A stretch of 12,892 nucleotides of DNA from Capsulimonadales bacterium (GCA_033762295.1 JANRLW010000066.1:1-12892); one strand, 5' to 3'. Positions 1 through 6,967 are shown, counted from the stretch's first letter. Translations and numbers: made by a program. The notes: generated by a model from the sequence alone, not told the origin.

Positions 1-2
1 CC

Positions 3-407
3 GGTGGTAAAGACGCCCGTGCCGACGCGCAGTACCTTCCGGATCGGATCACCGTCACTCCATACCATGTTTCGCAGAGCCGGTTGTGACCAGTACTGAT
101 TTTGCCCTGCGTACTTCAGAGGGCCGATCGTTTCGATCGGATGCGATTTGCCGATCGGCAGCATCGGGTTCGCGTTCTCGCCGGACGGGCTGACGCCCCA
201 GACCTTCCAGTCCAGAATGCCTTCCGATGTCAGGTCGATCACGGGCACGGAAAGAACCGGCGCCGGGGTTGCGGCGACGGCGGCGGGACGTGTCGCCGGT
301 CGTTCCCGGTTCGACGCCGGACGTAAATTCTGGGTAATGGTCACTCCGAAGATACCGGTCAGCAAAAGCACGGTGAAGATGCCCCCCGGTTTGACCACGA
401 TTTTCAT
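3..407 (-). CDS. Exported/membrane-anchored hypothetical protein (3'-truncated at window edge), paralog of 426..1109
   Basis: Not in the ORF track because it runs off the window. Hand translation from ATG 407: MKIVVKPGGIFTVLLLTGIFGVTITQNLRPASNRERPATRPAVAATPAPVLSVPVIDLTSEGILDWKVWGVSPSG...MVWSDGDPIRKVLRVGTGVFTT, with no stop. AGGA RBS upstream, hydrophobic N-terminal helix, Pro/Ala/Thr linker. Clear similarity to the adjacent gene. Confidence 0.85.
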   Translation of the reverse strand, partial: MKIVVKPGGIFTVLLLTGIFGVTITQNLRPASNRERPATRPAAVAATPAPVLSVPVIDLTSEGILDWKVWGVSPSGENANPMLPIGKSHPIETIGPLKYAGQNQYWSQPALRNMVWSDGDPIRKVLRVGTGVFTT

Positions 408-425
408 AATGGTTTTCCTGCCCTT

Positions 426-1109
426 TTATTCCAGCGCGGCGGCCTGAAGAGTGACGTACCCATCGCCGTTGCCGCCGCCCATGGTCCAGGTGACCTGAAG
501 GCTGCCCTCCGGTTTTTCGGATCTGTAGCGGACGGTGTAGAGACGCATCGTATGCCCTCCCGCGCCGATGACCTCCGCCGTATCGATGCGTTCGGGTTCG
601 GAACCGTCGGTCAGTTTCGCGGAAAACGTGCCTCCGGCATGGAAGCTGCCGACATAGATCCGCACGGTTCGAACCGAATCGCGGGAGGCGGGAATCGAGA
701 AGCGAAAACCGTTCCCCACGCCGCTCACCTGCAAACCGGACCCGACATTCCTTCCGGTCGCCTCCGGCTTTCCGCCGGACCAACTGAAGCCACGCACCGA
801 CGTGACATAGGGGCGGCTCTGACCGGCGACGATTTCCAGGTCTCCGATGATCGGACGGGCGATATTCTTTCGGACAGGGTTTCCGGGCGTGCGCCAGAGA
901 ACCCAGTCGCGTCCGCCCACCGCATCCAGATTGACAAAGACCGTGCGCGTCTCCGTGGGTTCGGACGAGGGGGTGTCCGGAGGTGGAGCCGTCTCAACCG
1001 GAATCTCGGGCGAAATGCCGGTACCGATTCGACTGACCGCCAGAATGGCGAGCAGGGAAAGCGTCAACGCCATCAGGATCGCGCCACCCGGTTTCAGTAC
1101 TACCTTCAT
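426..1109 (-). CDS. Exported/membrane-anchored hypothetical protein with a beta-rich domain (227 aa)
   Basis: ATG with GGAG RBS. MKVVLKPGG leader, hydrophobic helix, Pro/Thr-rich linker, then a Gly/aromatic beta-rich domain (NLDAVGGRDWVLW, FSWSGGKP, GVGNGFRFSIPA, RTVRIYVG, AKLTDGS). 18 nt gap to the downstream paralog. Confidence 0.85.
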   Translation of the reverse strand: MKVVLKPGGAILMALTLSLLAILAVSRIGTGISPEIPVETAPPPDTPSSEPTETRTVFVNLDAVGGRDWVLWRTPGNPVRKNIARPIIGDLEIVAGQSRPYVTSVRGFSWSGGKPEATGRNVGSGLQVSGVGNGFRFSIPASRDSVRTVRIYVGSFHAGGTFSAKLTDGSEPERIDTAEVIGAGGHTMRLYTVRYRSEKPEGSLQVTWTMGGGNGDGYVTLQAAALE

Positions 1110-1131
1110 TGGTTATCTCCCCGAACAGGCC

Positions 1132-1398
1132 CTAGCGGACCGACGACGACTGCAGAGCGGAAGGCGCTTCCTTGCCGCGCATCTTGTAACTGGCCCGCAT
1201 ATTGGCCAGGGCGGCCTGTTTCGCCTCGGGCGGCATGTTCGGGTTGTTTTCGATGCGCTTGATCTGATCCTCCACCGACGGAGGCTTTTTTCCGGCGGCC
1301 GTCGCCGAACCACCGGGGCCGCCATCCGGCGAGGCGCATCCGGCAAGTCCGACGAGCAGCGGAGCGACCAGCAGACAGCCGAGTACGGGTTGTTTCAT
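1132..1398 (-). CDS. Small lipoprotein (88 aa) with IENNPNMPPEAK motif
   Basis: Start assigned to ATG 1398 (AAGGAG RBS 6 nt upstream) within track ORF 1132..1812. Signal peptide ends in lipobox LAG|C, followed by a Gly-rich linker and a helical motif shared with 1458..1736. Confidence 0.85.
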   Translation of the reverse strand: MKQPVLGCLLVAPLLVGLAGCASPDGGPGGSATAAGKKPPSVEDQIKRIENNPNMPPEAKQAALANMRASYKMRGKEAPSALQSSSVR

Positions 1399-1430
1399 TA
1401 GTTTCTCCTTTGAAGATCCGGGAAGGGAGC

Positions 1431-1449
1431 GGAACCCCCGGAGGGTTCC
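1431..1449. other. Intergenic hairpin GGAACCC-N5-GGGTTCC
   Basis: 7-bp perfect inverted repeat between the two small paralogous genes. No U-tract. Confidence 0.4.
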
Positions 1450-1457
1450 AATGGTTC

Positions 1458-1736
1458 CTACGGGTTCGATCGCTTGCCACCCATATGCGCCATGATCTGG
1501 GCGATGGCCATACGTTTGGCCTGGGGCGGCATACGGGGATTGTCCTCGATCTCCTTGACGCGCTGCGCCATGGAAATCGGTCCGCGCTTCGCCCAGTAGG
1601 CCGCGCCCTCGCCGCGATCGGTCGCCATCATCTGAATGCGAACGCAGATAAAGACCGACCAGACGGTAATCAGGACGCAGGTGCCACTGACCAGAGAGCG
1701 AGTTACCGGGGTATCCGTTACGGAAAGTTCCGCCAC
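1458..1736 (-). CDS. Small single-pass membrane protein (92 aa) with IEDNPRMPPQAK motif
   Basis: GTG start with AAGGAG RBS. One hydrophobic segment (LVSGTCVLITVWSVFICV). The C-terminal motif matches 1132..1398. Confidence 0.8.
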   Translation of the reverse strand: MAELSVTDTPVTRSLVSGTCVLITVWSVFICVRIQMMATDRGEGAAYWAKRGPISMAQRVKEIEDNPRMPPQAKRMAIAQIMAHMGGKRSNP

Positions 1737-1758
1737 TAAGGTTCTCCTTGACAGACCG

Positions 1759-1784
1759 GGGCAAAGGAGTCTCCTCCTTTGCCC
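1759..1784 (-). promoter_or_regulatory. Stem-loop downstream of the prepilin gene (mRNA stabiliser, partial terminator or translational element)
   Basis: Minus strand GGGCAAAGGAG-GAGA-CTCCTTTGCCC: perfect 11-bp stem with a GNRA tetraloop, 24 nt after the prepilin stop. No poly-U tail. Confidence 0.65.
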
Positions 1785-1808
1785 GAAGACCGATAAGATA
1801 ACGAACGA

Positions 1809-2669
1809 TCAATAGGGATACCAGGCGCTCCGATCACGGACAAACCCGGCATTAATGTAGATGTTCTTATACCAGTTGACGCTTCGCAGAGCCATCGCCT
1901 TGACATGACCGTCGGCGAACAGCATGTTGGACGTCCGATTGTGGCGATATCGGGGCATGACCGAACAAACCGGCCAGCCGGTGAAGGTCAGATCGCAGTC
2001 GTACTGCCAGTCGAACTGCTCGGCATTGGTCGCCCCCTTCCACGGGGTCCAGCACCACTCGTCGGCACAGAACGCCAGCTGGGCGAAGTCCTGCAACTCT
2101 TCCGCGTCGGGTCGGTCATTTTCCAGTTCGACACCCTTTTCGGCGACGAGCACCTTATCCGCCGGGGTATCGATCTCGAAGGAGTGTACGACCGGAGTGC
2201 CGGTCGCCTGATACTGAGCGTCCAGCCACGGGGCCGGTCCGGAACCGAGAACCGAATTGACACCGTAGGTCCGGCTCTGTTCCTTGACGATCGACGGACA
2301 GCGCCAGACACCGCCCGCGCCGTCGGAGAACCCCGCGCCGGTCATCTCGCCATTCTTGACATAGGGGTAAACCATCCGGTACCAGCCCCACATGCCGCTT
2401 TTCGTCGACCAGGTCGGGTCCAGATTGTACTGCGTATACGGATAGGTATCATCGTAATCCTGAGCGTACATCAGGATCGCCAGACCGATCTGCTTCAGGT
2501 TGCTCTGACAGGTCGCCTGTCGGGCTTTCTCCCGTGCCTGGGCGAACACCGGGAAAAGGATGGCTGCCAGAATGGCGATTATGGCGATAACCACCAAGAG
2601 TTCGATCAGTGTGAACGCTCGCGAATTTCCTCGCCGAAGTGCGGAACCGGCTTCGTGTTCCTTGGTCAT
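1809..2669 (-). CDS. Prepilin-type N-terminal cleavage/methylation protein with DUF1559-like region and H-X9-DG motif (286 aa)
   Basis: Start assigned to ATG 2669 (purine-rich GAGGAAAGGA upstream). [48 protein letters not shown] is a class III signal with Glu+5. C-terminal [16 protein letters not shown] is an exact H-X9-DG. Confidence 0.95.
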   Translation of the reverse strand: MTKEHEAGSALRRGNSRAFTLIELLVVIAIIAILAAILFPVFAQAREKARQATCQSNLKQIGLAILMYAQDYDDTYPYTQYNLDPTWSTKSGMWGWYRMVYPYVKNGEMTGAGFSDGAGGVWRCPSIVKEQSRTYGVNSVLGSGPAPWLDAQYQATGTPVVHSFEIDTPADKVLVAEKGVELENDRPDAEELQDFAQLAFCADEWCWTPWKGATNAEQFDWQYDCDLTFTGWPVCSVMPRYRHNRTSNMLFADGHVKAMALRSVNWYKNIYINAGFVRDRSAWYPY

Positions 2670-2770
2670 TTGCGCTTTCCTTTCCTCTCTGAGGCGCAGG
2701 ACACGACATTCGTGCCGATGGGTTTGCCTGAGAGAATCTAATGGCATTATTGCCGCCCGACACCGGAATC

Positions 2771-2787
2771 TGCAGAATTCATGCCAG
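2771..2787 (-). promoter_or_regulatory. Candidate sigma-54 (-24/-12) promoter for the prepilin cluster
   Basis: Minus strand CTGGCATGAATTCTGCA versus consensus YTGGCACGNNNNTTGCW: exact GG-N10-GC spacing, two mismatches, about 100 nt upstream of the start codon. An AT-rich tract lies upstream at about 2810-2840. Confidence 0.6.
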
Positions 2788-2922
2788 TAAAGCGAAGAAA
2801 TTCCGTAGACAAATATAAAATAAAGCATTTTTACTTGCATTCTTCGGGAACCATCCGGCGAAGGAATTTGCGGCTCGCAGGCGGAACCGGAACGCAAGAG
2901 TCGGATCGGAGGAGTACGGACG

Positions 2923-4803
2923 ATGAAAGAGCGGTGGCGGATCGAAGGCGACGGCGTCGTCTGGGACGTCGCGACGGAACCTCGGCTTCCCCATGAGGAT
3001 CATGTCGAAATGAGCGGGCGAAAGGTCAGTGTGATCGTCCGTTACCGGGTCGATGAGAATCGCCATCTCCGGCTTACCCGTGAAGTGATCTGGCCGATGC
3101 TCCGTCTGCGCGAGGGCGATGTCCGCGGGTATCTGCGCCGCACCGTTCATGGGCTTCCGGTGGTCGCCACGGATGGCCGACTCTGGGAGGCCGGAACCGT
3201 CCGCCGCGTCTTCTTCGACGGACGGCTGACCGTCGACTTCGATCCTCAGGACGGCCTCGCCGCTCGTTTGACCCTCAGCGTTCAGGGCGACTACGTGGAA
3301 GCGACGCTGACGTTCTCCGCCGAACAGGGACCGTCGCCGTCGCTCTCCTGCCCGGAGACCGGCATCGAGATGGAGACAGGTGTCTATGGCGAGTATGAGA
3401 TCCGGCGATGGTGCGCGATTCGGGGGAACGAGGCCCGGGAGATGATCCTGGCGACCCTCTCCCGACCGGGCCTGCAACCTTTCTCCTCGCGGGATCGAAC
3501 CTGGCTGATTCGGGAGGTCCGCGACGAAAAACTGGTCCTCGAAACGCCCGATCCGGTCCTTAACACCGCGTTCTCCTTCGCCAAACTGCGGGCCGCCGAA
3601 TCGCTGTTCGAGACGAAAATGGGATTGGTCCACTCGCCGGGCGGGGGGCGGTACTATGGCGGCGTCTGGAACAACGATCAGTGCGAATATGCCAATCCCT
3701 TCTTCGCCTACCTCGGCGAGGAGGATGCCCGTCTGGCCGCTCTGACCGCCTTTCGCAACTTCGTTCCTTATATGACGACCGATTACACGCCCATTCCCTC
3801 GTCTCTGGAGATGGAAGGAACGATCGCCTGGTGCGGGGCGCGGGATCGCGGTGACGCGGCGATGTACGCCTCCGGCGCGACCCGGTACGCGCTGGCCCTC
3901 GGAGACCGCGCGATTGCCGAGGAACTCTACACGCCGATCGCCTGGTGTCTGGAGTACTGTCGTCGAAAGGTGAACGACCGGGGAGTGGTGGCGTCCGATA
4001 GTGATGAACTGGAGAACCGTTTTCCGTCGGGCGATGCCAACCTTTCCACCGCCTGTCTCTACTACGACGGGCTGCGTCGCGCCGCCGACCTGGCCGCCGA
4101 TCTGAACCGGGCGGAGGACGCCGCGAACTACGATCATCGGGCGTCGGAACTGGCCGGGGCGATCGAGGCGCATTTCGGGGCGACGGTCGAAGGGTTCGAA
4201 ACCTACCGGTACTACGACGGGAACACGACCCTGCGCGCCTGGATCTGTCTGCCGCTGGCGTTCGGCGTCGGTGGCGCTCCCGAACGAACGGCGGGAACGC
4301 TCGATGCGCTCTTCTCCCCGAAACTGTGGAGCGTCGACGGGCTGGCGACCGAGTCCGGAAAGCCCGACTTCTGGGATCGTTCCACCCTGTACGCCCTGCG
4401 CGGCGCGTTTTTCGCGGGCGACACCGAACGGGCGTTCGCCCACCTGACGGCCTATTCGCGTCGCCGCCTGCTCGGAGAGCATATTCCGTACGCGGTCGAA
4501 GCGTCTCCGGAGGGAGGACAGGCGCATCTCTCGGCGGAATCCGCTCTCTACGCACGGGTGATCGTCGAGGGAATGTTCGGTTTCGTCCCGATCGGCCTGC
4601 GCTCGTTCATTCTGACGCCGCGCCTTCCCGACGGCTGGAACCGCATGGCGCTCCGTCGATTCGACGCTTTCGGCCACCGCTTCGATATCGAGGTCGAACG
4701 CCGCTCCGATAAGGTGTCCGTCCGGATTACGGACACCGCCGGAGCGGTCCTATCCGAGATGACGGGGGATTTCGGTCGGGCCTTCGGATTCCGTCTACCC
4801 TGA
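2923..4803 (+). CDS. Six-hairpin (alpha/alpha)6 glycosidase-like protein, specificity unknown (626 aa)
   Basis: GGAGGAG RBS. Motifs [67 protein letters not shown], and a C-terminal PRLPDGW beta-domain typical of six-hairpin glycosidases. No signal peptide. Confidence 0.8.
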   Translation: MKERWRIEGDGVVWDVATEPRLPHEDHVEMSGRKVSVIVRYRVDENRHLRLTREVIWPMLRLREGDVRGYLRRTVHGLPVVATDGRLWEAGTVRRVFFDGRLTVDFDPQDGLAARLTLSVQGDYVEATLTFSAEQGPSPSLSCPETGIEMETGVYGEYEIRRWCAIRGNEAREMILATLSRPGLQPFSSRDRTWLIREVRDEKLVLETPDPVLNTAFSFAKLRAAESLFETKMGLVHSPGGGRYYGGVWNNDQCEYANPFFAYLGEEDARLAALTAFRNFVPYMTTDYTPIPSSLEMEGTIAWCGARDRGDAAMYASGATRYALALGDRAIAEELYTPIAWCLEYCRRKVNDRGVVASDSDELENRFPSGDANLSTACLYYDGLRRAADLAADLNRAEDAANYDHRASELAGAIEAHFGATVEGFETYRYYDGNTTLRAWICLPLAFGVGGAPERTAGTLDALFSPKLWSVDGLATESGKPDFWDRSTLYALRGAFFAGDTERAFAHLTAYSRRRLLGEHIPYAVEASPEGGQAHLSAESALYARVIVEGMFGFVPIGLRSFILTPRLPDGWNRMALRRFDAFGHRFDIEVERRSDKVSVRITDTAGAVLSEMTGDFGRAFGFRLP

Positions 4804-4951
4804 CACCGACAAAAAGCAAAAATACCGTTTCCGCCCTTTTTTCGCCGTCCGGAGTACAAAAGCGGTTGAGGAAAACGGGCCCAATCCTCTCCAAATACCC
4901 AAAAACAGCCAAAAATCAAATCAATTGGGATTATTTCGGAGGATCGGAACG

Positions 4952-6253
4952 ATGTCCGCCACTGCTGTTACAAATGCCGTCGTAAAAGAAGCGCGTTATG
5001 TCCTGACCAATATTGGGAATAACAACAATAAGTTCTGGAATATCCGGCTTTTTGCCGATGGTTCCTGTGAAACGCACTGGGGACGGGTCGGCGAGGAAGG
5101 CCAGCGCAAGTCGGTAACCGGCGCGGGCGAGGGTTTCTTCGATACCAAATGCCGCGAAAAGGCGAACAAAGGATACCAACCGCAGAAAACCCTGGCCAAT
5201 ACCGCCGAATCCGCGAAATCCATGGCAGGCGATCAACTGGCGAAGGTCGCCGCCGAACAGATCGTTACCAACTCCCCCGAAACGCTGAAACTGGTCACCT
5301 ACCTGGCGAAGGTGAACGTCCATCGGATTCTGGAAGCCACCACGCTCACCTATGACGAGTCGAAAGGAACGTTCTCCACTCCTCTGGGAATCGTCACCGG
5401 CGAAGGAATCAATGAAGCGCGAACCCTTCTTGCCGAAATCTCCGATCTCGTGGTCGTCGGGAACTACACCGACCACGCGTTCATCTCCCGACTTAACCAG
5501 TATCTGATGTTGATCCCCCAGAACATCGGCCGCGCCAAACCCGATCCGAAAGCGCTTTTCCCCGATGTCGCCGCCGTCCAAAAGCAGAACGGTATTCTCG
5601 ACTCCCTGGAGGCCAGCCTGCAGAACGTTCTTGCCGCCGCCAACGGCGAGGAGAAAAAGGAAGTCGCCGCCCCGAAACTGTTCGCCGCCCGACTGGAACT
5701 GGTGGAGGACCCGAAAGAGATCGATCGTATCCGCCGCAAGTACCGCTCCACCCAGCAATCGATGCACGCCTGCGCCCACCTGGATGTCAAGCGCGTCTTC
5801 CGGGTGAGAATCGACGCGATGAACGACGCCTTCGAAAAGGAGGGCGCGGCGATCGGCAATGTGCAGGAACTCTGGCACGGCACCCGCGCCTCCAACCTCC
5901 TGTCGATCCTTCGCTCCGGATTCGTCATCCCCGCCGCCAACGCGCCCCACTGCACCGGCCGGATGTTCGGCAATGGCGTCTACTTCTCCGACCAGTCGAC
6001 CAAGTCGCTGAACTACGCCTACGGCTACTGGCAGGGACAGGCGGACGATCACTGCTTCATGTTCCTGGTCGATGTGGCGATGGGCCGCTCCTACACCCCG
6101 AAATCCTGGCAGGAACGCCTTCCGCTGGCGGGTTACGACAGCACGTTCGCCAAAGCCGGTCACTCCGGGGTCGGGAATAACGAAATGATCGTTTATCGAA
6201 CCTGTCAGATCAACCCCCGTTTCCTGGTCGAATTCGGCCGCTCCGGAAAGTAA
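4952..6253 (+). CDS. Bacterial poly(ADP-ribose) polymerase-like protein: WGR + PARP regulatory (helical) + catalytic domain (433 aa)
   Basis: Start assigned to ATG 4952 (GGAGG RBS). WGR domain: NNNNKFW...HWGRVGEEGQ. Helical domain: TPLGIVT...LNQYLMLIPQNIG. Catalytic motifs LWHGT (H309), TGRMFGNGVYFSDQSTKSLNY (Y344), FMFLVDVAMG, YDS and NNEMIVY (E411) give an intact H-Y-E triad. Confidence 0.95.
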   Translation: MSATAVTNAVVKEARYVLTNIGNNNNKFWNIRLFADGSCETHWGRVGEEGQRKSVTGAGEGFFDTKCREKANKGYQPQKTLANTAESAKSMAGDQLAKVAAEQIVTNSPETLKLVTYLAKVNVHRILEATTLTYDESKGTFSTPLGIVTGEGINEARTLLAEISDLVVVGNYTDHAFISRLNQYLMLIPQNIGRAKPDPKALFPDVAAVQKQNGILDSLEASLQNVLAAANGEEKKEVAAPKLFAARLELVEDPKEIDRIRRKYRSTQQSMHACAHLDVKRVFRVRIDAMNDAFEKEGAAIGNVQELWHGTRASNLLSILRSGFVIPAANAPHCTGRMFGNGVYFSDQSTKSLNYAYGYWQGQADDHCFMFLVDVAMGRSYTPKSWQERLPLAGYDSTFAKAGHSGVGNNEMIVYRTCQINPRFLVEFGRSGK

Positions 6254-6286
6254 CGTCGGAATTTACGAAATTACAAAGAGGCAAAT

Positions 6287-6967
6287 ATGTTCAACGTTCA
6301 GCCCGATCCCGGAAGTCACGGTCCCGGTTTCCAACAATCCCTGATCGATGAAGTCGAGGCGGAGGTGAACCGCCGGATCGATGCCGGAGAGTCGTTTACG
6401 GCGTTCGATATCAGTCGCGCGGTTCAGGCGGCCGGTGTCCGCGAGCGGCACCGGAACCTGAAGGTGATTGTCCATGATATGTTCGAACGCGGCGATATGC
6501 CCGGATATACACGGACGCAGATCACGCTGCCGGGAGGCGAGCAGCCGTTGCTCTACCATCCGGACAACACGGCCCCGGCCGGGAATCGGTTCGCCGTCGC
6601 CAGCAACGCGCCGTCGCGGGCGGCCGGTATCGCCCGTCACATCGCCACCATGTTCGGACAGCGGTCCGCGGGGCCGACGCCACGGACCGGCAGTCCGGAC
6701 GGTGCGAACCGGCTCCGTCTCCCCCTCTCGGTGTTGCGGACGGCCGGGTTCCTGCCGGGAGACACCGTGCATATCGCCCGGGACCGCAAAACCCGCTCCC
6801 TGACGATCAGCGCGCGCCCGGCCAACGCCCCGGATACCCGCCCGACCCGTGCCCATCGCCTCGGTAACGGAAACCTTCGTCTCACGGTCGATGCGGCCAT
6901 CGCGGGTATTTCGCTCCGGATTACCGTCGTCGCGCCGGGACGGATCGAAGTCACCCCTCTGTCCTAG
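6287..6967 (+). CDS. Hypothetical protein: possible winged-helix-like N-terminal domain plus AbrB/SpoVT/MraZ-like C-terminal region (226 aa)
   Basis: ATG with GAGG RBS, 33 nt after the PARP stop. N-terminal FTAFDISRAV...RHRNLKVIVHDMF...YTRT...LYHP. C-terminal DGANRLRLPLSVLRTAGFLPGDTVHI fits the AbrB swapped-hairpin pattern. The CDS is solid; the domain calls are tentative. Confidence 0.75.
   Translation: MFNVQPDPGSHGPGFQQSLIDEVEAEVNRRIDAGESFTAFDISRAVQAAGVRERHRNLKVIVHDMFERGDMPGYTRTQITLPGGEQPLLYHPDNTAPAGNRFAVASNAPSRAAGIARHIATMFGQRSAGPTPRTGSPDGANRLRLPLSVLRTAGFLPGDTVHIARDRKTRSLTISARPANAPDTRPTRAHRLGNGNLRLTVDAAIAGISLRITVVAPGRIEVTPLS

Noticed and set aside
55..1401. Overlapping alternative ORFs (55..783, 552..1262, 847..1401 and others)
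   Set aside because: Off-frame or antisense to genes supported by RBS, signal peptides and mutual paralogy.
1399..1812. N-terminal extension of track ORF 1132..1812
   Set aside because: It overlaps the 92-aa gene and the hairpin. The RBS and lipoprotein signal support a start at 1398.
2670..2897. N-terminal extension of the prepilin ORF
   Set aside because: It covers the AT-rich promoter region. Class III leaders are short, and the RBS supports ATG 2669.
2779..4677. 632-aa minus-strand ORF
   Set aside because: Antisense shadow of the glycosidase. Arg-rich with no motifs; long antisense frames are expected in high-GC coding DNA.
4804..4951. LexA/SOS box or Y-RNA-like ncRNA upstream of the PARP
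   Set aside because: No GAAC-N4-GTTC or CTGT-N8-ACAG match seen. Only a weak imperfect stem is present, insufficient to call an RNA gene.
4931..6163. 410-aa ORF antisense to the PARP (possible hidden antitoxin)
   Set aside because: Codon-register mirror of the PARP gene, with no recognisable motifs or RBS.
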